IMG/VR virus record: IMGVR_UViG_3300035113_000077
Coordinates: 1-64,000 of that record
DNA from: a virus
DNA length: 64,000 nt
Strand: one strand, 5' to 3'
Within the stretch, counting starts at the first letter, position 1. Each line of letters begins with the position of its first letter. Positions 47,703 through 59,100 of this stretch are shown in pieces. Below the pieces are notes generated by a model that saw only the letters and a program-made list of their open reading frames with translations, had not been told where the DNA came from and ran no database searches. The position numbers and the translations under genes were made by a program.

Positions 47703-49196
47703 TTATTTTATGATTTGTTTAAGTTTCCGTTCTGCCTTTTCGTATAGGTGTTTTGACCAGTGTTTATTATGCAGGTAATCATTAGGTATTCTGATGATTG
47801 GGATTCCTACTTGCTTGAACGTTTTTCTACGTTGTTCAGCTGCTTCTTCAAATCGATTATATTTGTCCGCGATGTCGAAATAAATAAGTCCTTTTTTCTT
47901 CTTATGCCTACGAACACCGCGCCCAAATTTTTGGATTGCATCCTCTTGACTTTTCTTAGCCGCACCATCAATTACAACATCTAGTCTACTGATGTCAATG
48001 CCTTTCTTAAAAACGGTGTTTGCTATGATGAGCTTACACTCTCCAGCATTCATATCTTGAGCAGCTTCGAATCTTTCTTTGGCATGAATTTTTCCATAGG
48101 CAAGTTGATGCGGAAAGTGCTTAAGTCTACGAGATAAGTCTTCTAAATGAGAAACTCTTTCCACTAATAGTACAATATGCTTTTTACGTTTGATTCCTTC
48201 TTTAATAAGTCTATAAATAATTTCATTTCTTTTATCGCAATCTACAATTAGTTCATTATAATCCCTCTGATACTGTTTTAGTCTAGCCCAACGACCCATT
48301 CTTCCTCTACGTTTTTCTTTCTGATGATTGTGATTTACTTGAACTACTACTCCAAAATCAAGAACTCCCTCTTCTTGACCTCTCTTCAGTGGATAAGAAT
48401 ACACAACTGGCCCACACAATGAATATGCTTTCATCCTAATGTGCTTTTTCTTTATAGCTAAAGTGGCAGTCAATCCAAATATGCAAGGAGCTTTAATTGC
48501 AGCGGTTGTTCTAAACGCTCTTTTGTTCATTGCAAGATGCACTTCATCTACAATGATAACACTAAGAGTTTTTGTCCATTTTCTAAATTCTTTGTTGTTA
48601 CGATACTTATCCATTGTCTGGATAGTAGCTACAGTTATTCTTCTTGGCTTAAACTTGGAATTGCCAACTATTCCAATCTTTTCACCTAACGTGGCTGCCA
48701 ACGATGCTCTTGTCTGTTTTAATAGCGTTAGTTCATCTACTATAAATACTCCACTTCCTTCTAGCCATGAGAAAAACATTCCAGCTATTCTTGTCTTGCC
48801 TGTCCCGGTCGCATTTAAGACGAGACCACCCCCTTGCTCTGAAGTCTCCAACATGGATTTCAAGCAATCGTTTTGAAATAGCCATTTTTTCTCCTTAGAA
48901 GTTTCTCCAGTTCTATTAAAGAACACTGGATCCAAGTCTGTTTCAACTTTAAATTTTATCTTTGTCTTTTTAGTTAGGTCTTCATGGATAGCACGAAAAA
49001 GACCTGCTGGAATTGAATCGTCTCTCTCATCCAGCAGGTTAACGTAACCGTCCCAATCAGTGTACCTATAAGCAGGAGTGAATTGATAGTTTTTTGGTCT
49101 GAAGCGAAGTAGTGGTTTTAGTAGCTTACGTTTTCTTTTACTAAGACTTAAATAGGATACACGATTGTTTAATAGGACGTCGCAAGTTCTTCCCAT
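47703..49196 (-). CDS. superfamily II (UvsW-like) DNA helicase
   Basis: ATGTGKT, ATIQT, VDEVH, GLTAT, GIDI, QKFGRGVR. Confidence 0.9.
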   Translation of the reverse strand: MGRTCDVLLNNRVSYLSLSKRKRKLLKPLLRFRPKNYQFTPAYRYTDWDGYVNLLDERDDSIPAGLFRAIHEDLTKKTKIKFKVETDLDPVFFNRTGETSKEKKWLFQNDCLKSMLETSEQGGGLVLNATGTGKTRIAGMFFSWLEGSGVFIVDELTLLKQTRASLAATLGEKIGIVGNSKFKPRRITVATIQTMDKYRNNKEFRKWTKTLSVIIVDEVHLAMNKRAFRTTAAIKAPCIFGLTATLAIKKKHIRMKAYSLCGPVVYSYPLKRGQEEGVLDFGVVVQVNHNHQKEKRRGRMGRWARLKQYQRDYNELIVDCDKRNEIIYRLIKEGIKRKKHIVLLVERVSHLEDLSRRLKHFPHQLAYGKIHAKERFEAAQDMNAGECKLIIANTVFKKGIDISRLDVVIDGAAKKSQEDAIQKFGRGVRRHKKKKGLIYFDIADKYNRFEEAAEQRRKTFKQVGIPIIRIPNDYLHNKHWSKHLYEKAERKLKQIIK

Positions 49197-49201
49197 ATAA
49201 T

Positions 49202-49220
49202 ATTATACAGATAGTAGCTA
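49202..49220 (-). promoter_or_regulatory. putative promoter motif TAGCTACTAYCTGTATAAT
   Basis: Near-identical copy at 28487-28505; CTGTATAAT core also at 47684, 43109 and 17470; each lies just upstream of a gene. Confidence 0.6.
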
Positions 49221-49221
49221 T

Positions 49222-49608
49222 TTATCTTTCAGGATGAAGAAACGAATGTCCTTTTCCTATTAATTTTGTAATTACATCCACTATCGTATCTGTTGGATTT
49301 AGCTTACAATAAACATCTAGTGAATCATAGTGACTTTGATGTTTTCCTTTATTCTTTTTTGCTAAATGATTCTTCAATGTAATATTTTCCGATAATGATG
49401 GGTGCATTGCCACAGTATCATGGTCACCTAGTAATTGATTGAAAGCATAATCTTCCAATTCAATCGTTCCAAAAATAACATTATTATCTATTCTAATCCA
49501 ATTCACTCTAGAAATTCCTTCCAGTTTTCCTAGAATAGATTTCTGAGATTCATGGTGAGGGTCTTCATGACCTGTTAATGATTCCGAAAAATATCTTAGT
49601 CTAATCAT
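49222..49608 (-). CDS. hypothetical His-rich protein coupled to the tail-tip gene
   Basis: ATGA overlap with the stop of 49605-56144. Confidence 0.55.
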   Translation of the reverse strand: MIRLRYFSESLTGHEDPHHESQKSILGKLEGISRVNWIRIDNNVIFGTIELEDYAFNQLLGDHDTVAMHPSLSENITLKNHLAKKNKGKHQSHYDSLDVYCKLNPTDTIVDVITKLIGKGHSFLHPER

Positions 49609-52600
49609 TGCTTTGGCAAAACTCCATTGTGCGTTAATATACTTCCTGCAAACAATGTATGAATTGGCAACACTACTAGCTTAACTACTTTCTTAAATCC
49701 AAGATTTTCTACCGATTTAACATTTGATAGATTACCATCAATTGTAAACAACTGTAAATCGCCAGTTAAATTCCAAGGGAGTATATAGCCAATAAATTTA
49801 TTATCTTTCCAAATAGGTATCTCAGTGTAAATTGAGCAACTACCTTTTGACCCATCTTCCAATTCAATCTTTACACAACGTTCTTGTCCAAAAACAATTG
49901 AATCTATTGTACTATGATGAATTGATCTATCTTCAGGATTCGCACCCTTTATAAAGTGCTTCATAGTTACATCAGATCCAAGTATTTCTCCTTCTGATGT
50001 ATGTAATATTTCATCAACTGGAATACATTTACTTCCACCACCAGTTCCACCACCACTTGAAGGTGGACCAGCAGCTGGTGCTGCTGGAACATTAAATGTT
50101 AATGCAATTGTCGTTCCACCTAAAGCAATAAATCCATCAGTCTGACAAGCAATAGCATCGTTTGAACTAGCTGTTGTATGAGCTTCATTTACAAATTCTA
50201 CAAGTGTTCCAGGTATTCTAGCTTTAACTCTTGGATAAAATAAATAGGGGGTTACTCCACCTTGTGACGATGTCAAAATTGTTCCAGTATCTAATGTACC
50301 ACTAAGTATCGTTTGAAAAAATAAATCTGGAAAAGCTAAAATAAATGTAGGCCATGTAATTACTATTCTACCTGTAGCTATTCCCCCAGGCGATACTGCT
50401 GTAGCTGTATACGTAAATAATGGAGTAACTTGATTATCAAACGATGGTGGAATACTTCCCTGTCCACCAATAAATGATGAAGCAATTAAGTTTCCATAGG
50501 GAATGTATAGAATTGGGCTCCAAGGTCCATCACTAAAGAAATCAGTTCTTTTCGACCTAGCAAAGAAAGAATTTCCACTACCAATAATTGGAGCATGTAC
50601 ATTAAATGTCGGTGGCTGAGCCGAACCAGTTACACTAATAGCCCCTGTTGATAAGAAATTTCCATCTGTTGAAATCTGTAACTGTGTTCTACGAATATCT
50701 CCTCGATTTAATTGATCTAAAAATAATACTAAAGCATTTGACAGTTTTTCTCCTAGTGTCATATTAGGAGCAGGTGGACTAGAAATTGGCACAATCGTTG
50801 CTTGACTGTAAGCCCACATTAAATTGAAGAAATACAAATAGAATAATCGCAAGACATTACCATTTCCTAGGTATAGTGTCGCAGCATTACCATATTCTAG
50901 CTGAGCACCCCACACATATAAAACTTGAGCACCTACAGCAATAGTAAATCTTGATCCAATGTATATTCTTAACTTACCACTAGGATTCGAGCCAAATGCA
51001 CCAGAAAATGAAAATCTTTGCCATTGGTTTGTAACAGTTATTAGCTGATCAATAATATTAGTAGTCTGTGGTGAATCTTGAACTACTAATTCAGTTGTTA
51101 TATTGGCTCCAGATGTTTTCAACCAAACTGATACTGTAAAAGTTTTATTAGCTATTAATGGAGCTATTAATGATTGCTGAACTCCTGAATCTGCATTTGT
51201 TCCTTTAGGAGCTAAGTTTATTTGATCAGCAGTTAAAAATCCATTTGGATCAAGAGTAGCATCTGGTGAAACAGTTGTTAAATAATTTACCTTAATTAAA
51301 CTAACTGCTAAATAGAATACTGGTAAATCGCTTGGGAAAGTTATTGATCTAACTTTCTTTGTTGGATCTAAAGCATATTGATAATGATAGACATTTACTG
51401 CACCACCTAATGTGGTTGCAGCTTGAGTAGAATGAGCCATTGCCTTTGCTAATAGCTCATTTGCATTTCCACTAAACAATGTCCAAGCACTATATATTTG
51501 TGAAAATGTTGTCTGCGTTCCATCAACATAAGTTACTGTAATTAAGTCAGTTGTTGTTGGAGCTGCTCCTCCAAGTATTCTTAGTGAGTTATAATAATCT
51601 GGAACTACAGGAACAACTTGTCCTGTACCATACATTATATTCTGAGGTGGAAAACCACCAGCAGCAAAGCTAGATAATTTTGTTGATGGAGCAGCAACGC
51701 CTACTCCAAATATTCCAGGACTACCAGAAGAAATAGGAGTTGCATCTATAGCAGTAAGAACAACTACTCCATTTGTAATTCCAATAATTACATTTCCTTT
51801 TATTTCTATTTGCATCACGTCATTTAGTACAACTGGCCTATTAGTTGATGCAAATAGAATACCTGCTCCATTAACTATTCTAACAATATAAGTATTAGTT
51901 GTATCTCCATAATAAAAATAGCCATTTATTGATCCTAAAGGCCCACTTGCTCTAACACCTACACCCATATTGTTTGTATTTGTAGGAGCCACAGCAATTG
52001 TAGCTTGAGCAAATTGATCTGCTGGATAAGACTGATCTGTTCTTATTGCCAAAGCATGTGAATCAGCAGCTAGTGCTGTAACTGATACTTGTCCTCCTGC
52101 TACTGCAAATGTAGCCTCTACTACTGTCCAGTTTGCAGATAAAGCCCCACCAGCAAATGCATCAGTAATAAAATTACTAGGTTGTGGTCCAAAAGCAAAA
52201 GATACTCCAGCAAAATTCAAAGATGTTCCCAATAAATTTGCAGAATAAGCTGCTGTTTGTAGTCCAGCACCAACTGGATTTCCTTGTAATGAATTATTAA
52301 AAGTTATTCCATCTTGAACTATTCCCTGAAAATTATACGGTAATGACAAAGCTACAGCACCACCAGTTACTGATGGGCCAGAAGACGTAGTCCAAAAATC
52401 AGTATTATCAAATTCTTCTGTTGCTTGGATATAATTTTTAACATTATAGTTATTTACATTAACATCATAGGTACTTGGTGATGTTCCAACTTCCAGTTGT
52501 GCTCCCCATGCAAATATTGCCTGTGCTCCAATTGCCTGTCCAAATGGTGATCTTATCCAAACTCTAACTGAATTATTTGTTCCCGACCCCATTGTTCCAC

Positions 52601-55600
52601 TAATAGAAAATCTTTTCCAAGTACTAGTAACTGTTTGTAATGCAGAAAATCCACTTGTAAATGGTGAATCTTCAACAACCATTTCTATTGTTGCCGTACC
52701 CCCAGATGTTCTTAGCCAAGTAGAAAATGTAAATGAAGTTCCAGCAACTGGTAAAGGTTGACTTAGGTCTAAGCTAGGAATATTTACTACTTGAGATAAT
52801 CCATCTAGTGTGTTTATTACTTTTCCGGGTATCTGTAATAAATCAGCATTTGTTGCTAAATTATTTGGATCTAGTGCTGCATTAGCTGAAACACTTACAC
52901 TACCAAAATTTGCCCAAACAGGATTATCAAATTCTTCAGTAGACAATAACAAATTAGGAGATACCCAAAACTGATTAGCTTTTAGTTTGATTAAATCCAG
53001 CTCCATATCTGTAGGAGTAGAAACTGGTTGTTGCGTTAGAATAGTTGCATTATCTGGGCCCCTTAGTTCTATTCCATAAATATTTCTTATGTCTCCATTG
53101 AAAAATCCTTTTATTCTAGATGAGTCAGCATATAAAAGTTGTGGTGAAGCTGGAGTAATTGGAGCATAGACTCTAAGTACTTTTGATCTACGAGAAATTA
53201 ATCCACCAACATTTAGATTTCTATTTGTAAAAGTTCCCTGTAGTAATCTAAAGTACCAAGTTCCATCAAATCTAGTTCTAGGTAATGTAAATGTTCTAGT
53301 TTGAAATAAGCCCAAACGATCATTATTTGATATTCCCCAGCCAAAATTTGTTTGCCTTGCTTCTATAAATTGTCCTGCCGTTGGAATAAAGCCAGCATCA
53401 ATATAAATATTAGAACTATCAAGTCCTAAGCTAGGTACTGGGCCACCTGATAATGATACTAAATCTAGATCAGTAGTAAAAGCAGAGCCAACATTAGCTA
53501 ATTGAATAGGAGTTGGCTGAACAGCTGTATCTTTTGGCATCAAAACCCCTTCAGGCTTTGGTACAAATGTTGCCAAAAGATTTTCTAGAAATTGAGTTGG
53601 TCCATAATTTAATGTTATATTAGCTTGCTCGGACATTAGTTCAATATACGAAATTGTTACTGAACTAACCATTACTTTAAGATTATTTATATTTCTTTTT
53701 GGAGCATTGATCGTAAAGAATAATCCAGGCCTTGGATAATCTTTATTTACAAAGTCAAAGAAAATATCTCTAATTGGCCCATATGAACCCTGATAGATAG
53801 TATTCGTTCTATCTAGTAAAACAGCTTTTCCTGCTAGCTCACATTCTTCACTAGATCTAGGTAATGGCTTAAAATCGGTCATAATTGTCATTCTATGACC
53901 ATCATCACCTACAACAGAAGCTTCTTTTGCTATAGAAGTTGAATCTTGAACCCTAGCTATAGCAGTTTTTGATTCCCAAGATTGCAAGCGTATTCGTGAT
54001 CCTACTCCTGGTATCGAGTCACTATAGAATTGTAAAACACTACCAGTTCCATCCGATGCTGAACCACCACCTCCTGATTGGCTATTTCCAATAGTAGCTA
54101 TTTGTCGACCTAAGCCAAATCCTAATTCGTAGTCAAATAGACTTCCAACATTATTTGGTAATAGTGGTAATAACCCACCTGATACACCTGATATTCCTGC
54201 AGCAGACAAACTAGCTTGTGGTGGATCAAAAATTTGTGTCCATTGAATGGTTAAATTAGCATTTTTAACATTATATAAAACGTATAAAGCAAACGCAGGA
54301 ACGTTTTGATCTCTTAGTGTAAATCTAGTATCTGTAATTGGTGGCTGAACGTTAACGAAACCAGGCTGCAACGGATTAGTGTTATTTAGATTTATATCTG
54401 ATATTACCCATGTTATATCAGCTGTTGCACTATTTGTTCCACCAGAAATTATAGCGCCGGTAAAACTCTTAAACGTAGAAGTGTATCTGTTAACAGATTG
54501 TCCATTAACAATTGTTCTAAGTATATAATAGTGATTCTGTTGAGTAATTACTGGTGTTCCTACTAATTGACCTAATCTACGTGGTTGTATTTGTAAGCCA
54601 GACGTACCACTTACTGAACTAGCAACAGTAAATCCAGAAGCGGGTCTAATATCAAATCCAAACTCACATTGTCCAGAGCCATTTACTTCAGCAAAGGTAT
54701 TTGCGTTATCATATACTCCACCGATTATTGCTCCAGAACAATTTCCAACAAAGAATATTTCTCCATGCTCCAGAACGATTTTTCTTCCTAAGTCTAATCC
54801 TGTTCTTAGATACTGATAGGTTTCTCCAAAATTATTGGTTCCTCCATTTATATTCAAAGCACCTACAAGAGAAACAGAGTTTACTGGATCTTGTATCACC
54901 CATTTACTAGTGTCAACTGATCCAGATGACCAATCTTCTTTTAGTAATAGATCAGTATCTGTTTGGAATCCAACATATCTAAGTGGAAAGTTTGTCTGAA
55001 AGCCATCTCCTACAAAGTAATCTTCATGGTTATCTGAAGCTTCAGCATCACCAAGAACAAAGACATCATTCACCAGTGGAGTATCGAAAATAGTTGTCTT
55101 TAGTAAGGTAGGATCAAAAGTTTTCTGATTCTGAGTTTCATCATAAGTAATAGGAAAAGCTTGATCTCCCCACGGCTTATAATATAAAACTTTATTTAGT
55201 ATCTTTACTCTATATCTAAATTGATCAGCTAATTCTTTTGCCATTGCGATCCAATTTTTATTTGGATCATATTCCATATAAGGAACTAAGTCACCGGAAG
55301 CAGTTTGAGAAGTAACATCGAAGTATCCTGGTGCTAGTACATTAGCTAAATAGCCCAAGATTTGACCTGCACCCATATTTACAAATGGTGGCAAAATTGG
55401 AACAGCTTTTTGTCCTAATAAATACTCATCTCCTGTAGCTTGAATTAAAAATCTATAGGTCTGAAAATTCATACTAGGAGTAGTAGAATTTAATCCAACA
55501 AAATCTTTTGGAATATCATTAGCTATAAAACCAGTAAACACATAGCGATTATACTGATTACTAAAAACTTGAATATAAGCTTCTCTACTAGGAATAATGA

Positions 55601-56144
55601 ATGTATCATCGTTATTGGTTAGGCTAAACTGACACTGAGCAGGCTGATTTAACTTATCTGTAATTGTTAATGAGCCATTATTTACATATTGGGTGTAATC
55701 AATCGTTCTATTTTGACTCTGAGTTACTATTACAGTTGCCCCACTAAAACTATTCCAGTTTGTTTGAAACGTTGTATCTGTTGAAATAATCAAATTCGTA
55801 GTTGGAGCTTGTGGTGTATACTGAACTGGATTCCAAACAATAACATCAATTGGATCGCCTGCTGCTTGTGTTTGAAATATAAATTGAAATGATGCTGCAC
55901 CATTTCCTTTTGATTGTAATCTTATTGGTACAAACTTTGTTCCTGGTTGAATTGTTATCGAACCACCAAGATTATCTAAAATAATTACTGGTTTTGTTCC
56001 TTGGTTCTTAATCCAACAAGTAGTTACATATGTCTGACCATTAACAGATGGAATTACAGTAGAATGAAAATACTTAGTTACATTTGACCCACCTGAACTT
56101 TGTATTCTAGTGGAGTCTTTATTTGTAATTAATACTTGTAGCAT
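49605..56144 (-). CDS. tail tip / host-specificity protein with carbohydrate-binding-like modules and a C-terminal Hint domain
   Basis: Immediately follows the tape measure gene; repeated N....TEEFDN..W ... WGAQLE.G modules; ends GGGSK-CIPVD...ILTHN-GVLPKQ. Confidence 0.8.
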   Translation of the reverse strand: MLQVLITNKDSTRIQSSGGSNVTKYFHSTVIPSVNGQTYVTTCWIKNQGTKPVIILDNLGGSITIQPGTKFVPIRLQSKGNGAASFQFIFQTQAAGDPIDVIVWNPVQYTPQAPTTNLIISTDTTFQTNWNSFSGATVIVTQSQNRTIDYTQYVNNGSLTITDKLNQPAQCQFSLTNNDDTFIIPSREAYIQVFSNQYNRYVFTGFIANDIPKDFVGLNSTTPSMNFQTYRFLIQATGDEYLLGQKAVPILPPFVNMGAGQILGYLANVLAPGYFDVTSQTASGDLVPYMEYDPNKNWIAMAKELADQFRYRVKILNKVLYYKPWGDQAFPITYDETQNQKTFDPTLLKTTIFDTPLVNDVFVLGDAEASDNHEDYFVGDGFQTNFPLRYVGFQTDTDLLLKEDWSSGSVDTSKWVIQDPVNSVSLVGALNINGGTNNFGETYQYLRTGLDLGRKIVLEHGEIFFVGNCSGAIIGGVYDNANTFAEVNGSGQCEFGFDIRPASGFTVASSVSGTSGLQIQPRRLGQLVGTPVITQQNHYYILRTIVNGQSVNRYTSTFKSFTGAIISGGTNSATADITWVISDINLNNTNPLQPGFVNVQPPITDTRFTLRDQNVPAFALYVLYNVKNANLTIQWTQIFDPPQASLSAAGISGVSGGLLPLLPNNVGSLFDYELGFGLGRQIATIGNSQSGGGGSASDGTGSVLQFYSDSIPGVGSRIRLQSWESKTAIARVQDSTSIAKEASVVGDDGHRMTIMTDFKPLPRSSEECELAGKAVLLDRTNTIYQGSYGPIRDIFFDFVNKDYPRPGLFFTINAPKRNINNLKVMVSSVTISYIELMSEQANITLNYGPTQFLENLLATFVPKPEGVLMPKDTAVQPTPIQLANVGSAFTTDLDLVSLSGGPVPSLGLDSSNIYIDAGFIPTAGQFIEARQTNFGWGISNNDRLGLFQTRTFTLPRTRFDGTWYFRLLQGTFTNRNLNVGGLISRRSKVLRVYAPITPASPQLLYADSSRIKGFFNGDIRNIYGIELRGPDNATILTQQPVSTPTDMELDLIKLKANQFWVSPNLLLSTEEFDNPVWANFGSVSVSANAALDPNNLATNADLLQIPGKVINTLDGLSQVVNIPSLDLSQPLPVAGTSFTFSTWLRTSGGTATIEMVVEDSPFTSGFSALQTVTSTWKRFSISGTMGSGTNNSVRVWIRSPFGQAIGAQAIFAWGAQLEVGTSPSTYDVNVNNYNVKNYIQATEEFDNTDFWTTSSGPSVTGGAVALSLPYNFQGIVQDGITFNNSLQGNPVGAGLQTAAYSANLLGTSLNFAGVSFAFGPQPSNFITDAFAGGALSANWTVVEATFAVAGGQVSVTALAADSHALAIRTDQSYPADQFAQATIAVAPTNTNNMGVGVRASGPLGSINGYFYYGDTTNTYIVRIVNGAGILFASTNRPVVLNDVMQIEIKGNVIIGITNGVVVLTAIDATPISSGSPGIFGVGVAAPSTKLSSFAAGGFPPQNIMYGTGQVVPVVPDYYNSLRILGGAAPTTTDLITVTYVDGTQTTFSQIYSAWTLFSGNANELLAKAMAHSTQAATTLGGAVNVYHYQYALDPTKKVRSITFPSDLPVFYLAVSLIKVNYLTTVSPDATLDPNGFLTADQINLAPKGTNADSGVQQSLIAPLIANKTFTVSVWLKTSGANITTELVVQDSPQTTNIIDQLITVTNQWQRFSFSGAFGSNPSGKLRIYIGSRFTIAVGAQVLYVWGAQLEYGNAATLYLGNGNVLRLFYLYFFNLMWAYSQATIVPISSPPAPNMTLGEKLSNALVLFLDQLNRGDIRRTQLQISTDGNFLSTGAISVTGSAQPPTFNVHAPIIGSGNSFFARSKRTDFFSDGPWSPILYIPYGNLIASSFIGGQGSIPPSFDNQVTPLFTYTATAVSPGGIATGRIVITWPTFILAFPDLFFQTILSGTLDTGTILTSSQGGVTPYLFYPRVKARIPGTLVEFVNEAHTTASSNDAIACQTDGFIALGGTTIALTFNVPAAPAAGPPSSGGGTGGGSKCIPVDEILHTSEGEILGSDVTMKHFIKGANPEDRSIHHSTIDSIVFGQERCVKIELEDGSKGSCSIYTEIPIWKDNKFIGYILPWNLTGDLQLFTIDGNLSNVKSVENLGFKKVVKLVVLPIHTLFAGSILTHNGVLPKQ

Positions 56145-56152
56145 TTATTTTC

Positions 56153-59100
56153 CTATGAGTACAAGTAGCCTGCTGCCCCGCCAAATCCCCCACGTGCGCG
56201 ATTGGCTCTAATATTATTTAACCAATCTTCAATGCTACCACCCATACCACCATTACCTAATGGTGCTGGTGATGCCATAGCAGAATTAAGCCCTAGAGCA
56301 GCTAATATCTGATCCATATTTGTTAATGGAGTTCCAGATTGCAACATTTTAACTATCTGAACTAGTGCCTCTATTCTAAGTATTTCTTTGTCCGTTTGTG
56401 CTTCTTGGAGTTTTAATAACTGAGCTTCTAAATCAATTCTAGTTGTTGCCAGGTCAAATATTTGTTTTTCACTATTTACTTTGTAAGTAGTCAATGCAAT
56501 GTCTTGATCCATTTGTTGAAGCTGAATATTCATCTGATTTCTTGCCTGTTGAATCTGTTGCATTTTTGTCATTGCTACTGTTCTTTGATTAACTAAAACT
56601 CCCTGAGTCATAATGTCATATTCAGTTTGAGCTTCATCTGTTAACAACTGCTTTCTATCTCTAAGTAAATCATTCAGTTTTATTGCATCTTGAATTGCCC
56701 CTTGTTCTGCTTCATTCAATGCAGTTGCCTGAGTGTCAGCAAAGTTTCTAAGACTATCAGCTAAGAACTGATTTGCCATAGCTAAGTCTTTAGCATCTCT
56801 TGCAGCTCCAGCAAATTTCTTATACTGATCCATTATATCTTTTAAGCTACCTAACAAGCCTTGGAATTGAGTCGGAGAATTTAAAACTTTTAATTGAAGC
56901 CCAAGATCAATAAACATGGCTTCCTGTTGACGTTGTAAAGCAATAATTTGATCATTGATAGCTTGAGCTTCTTGTTCTAATTGTGCTTTTTGTTTTTTCT
57001 TACTATGTCCTTCTTGCGAAATAACACTTTGACGTAAACTTTGTAGTTGTTGTATTCCTTGCTGAATTCCAGTTGTACCATTTGAAATAGCAGCTTGCAA
57101 ATCAGCCATTTGTTTATTAACACTATTTATAAATTGAGCAGTCTGATTATTCTTATGTCCAATAATTCCACTTAGTATTCCACCAAAAGCCGCGCCTGCA
57201 ACTTGTCCGATTGGGCCAGCAAATTTGCTAAACTTACTAAACATATCTCCAATATCTCCACCAATTCCCATTCCTCCTATTGCACCACCAGCAATATCTC
57301 CGGCTTTACCATGACTAGATCCAATCATTTGAATAAAGCTTCCAACAGCTCCAACAGCCCCTTTTATTCCTTCATTAAATTTTTGCATTGAATCAGACAT
57401 ATCATGCCAATCAAATCCTTTGAAGGCATCTGCCAAATCAGAGAAAGCACCACCATCTTTATCTTGGGCTGATCGTTTTGCGCGAGCGCTACCTAATTGT
57501 TCTAATATCCCACCAGCAGCTCCAACACTTGCCCATCCACCGCGAGTCACTCCAAATTGGCCGATTAAAGAACTTAGTTGCTGAAAAATACTTCCAACAT
57601 TTACCATTACGCTCTTTGACTTAAGCAATTCAATATTCATCTTCATTAATTCTTGAGTTGCTTTAGTCATATTTCCAAGAATTTGAAACCAAAGATTAGA
57701 TAAGGGCATTGTACTATGAAGTAAAGCTTGCTGTTCTTCTTTATATCTTTTTGTTGCTTCAATTTGCATTTGAACAGCATTATTGGATAATGCTACGCCA
57801 CTACCACCTGACATCATTTGGGCAATAGCTTGTTGTCCCTGAAACAGCCCCATTGATCCCTGATAACGACTTTCTGAAAAACTTAATCTTGTCTGAGTTT
57901 CATTTCTTAATAGGTCAGTTAATTCTCTCTCACTTTTTATTCTAGCTTCAATTCTTTTGTTTTCTAATTGTACTAAAGCCTCAGGTGTCTTTTTTCCATT
58001 ATTATATTCTTCTTGAGCTGCAATATTTGATAGCTCTACTTCATGTTTTATTTGAGCTTCTCGTATTGCCATGTATTCGTCGACGCTAACTGTTCTTTGC
58101 TTCAATTGATAGTCTAATAATGACTTATCGTTGGTTAGAATCTCCTGTTGCATTTTCAAATTTTCAGCAATACGCAGCTGATTCGCTTTTATCTCTGAAG
58201 TTACTCCTTGAAGATCTAGTTGCTGATTTTCTTTTGCGAATTTTTCGTTCTCAGCTAATATCTTTTCTTTAGTTTGTACATTAATTATTTTTACTTTCTC
58301 AGCAGTCTGCTGATTCAATAATTTAATTTTATCTTGTTGTTCAGCAGCAAATGAAGCTTTATCTCCACCCTCTTCTGGTTCCTCACCACCCAGCTGAGTT
58401 ATCTGTTGCCTTGCAGCTTCTTGTACTTTTTGTATTTCTAACTTCTTATATTCTGTTAAATACTTTAGCTTAGTTTCATGATCTTGCTTATCTAGTTCTC
58501 TACTTTGATTAAGAAACGATTCTTGTGTTATTAACCCCTGATCATAAGCAATTGTTAGAGCAGATTTCTTTGTTGCAATTGCAGCTTCTTCTTGTTTCTC
58601 TTTTAATTGTGCAACAACTTCATTATATTTAATTGTCAGTTCAGTTACTTTAGCAATACTTTTAGTATTATCTTGTAAGCGTTTATCAAGACCGCTTGTA
58701 GCAGTTTCAGCTTTTTTCAGAGCATCAGGAAATTTTTGAGCAAATAGCTCAATCAAATCATTAGTTGGTTTACCTTCGCTTTGTAGCTCTAAATAAATAT
58801 CCTTCCAAGTATTATTTTTACCAAAAGTCATTCTCGAAGCTTTTTGTTTTCCATATCTTTTTTCAGCTAAAGTTCTTTGAAGATCTTCAGGAACTTTTTC
58901 TTCCATATGACTTCGAGCATCTGTACTAAATTTCAGTTGTGGTTTTCCTGCCATCATTCCTTTAGCTCGTGCCCATGCTTCCACTTCATTTCCAAAATCT
59001 TTTACTGCATTAACTCCAGCTAGTTGATTCCAACCTTCTGCAATTTTATTTACCCAACTAGCTACTTGAACTAATAGGGGTAATATTCCTTCTCCTAGAG

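Noticed and set aside
49626-50027. Canonical splicing intein
   Set aside because: The +1 residue is Gly, only 6 aa follow and there is no endonuclease domain; treated as a BIL/Hint-type domain.
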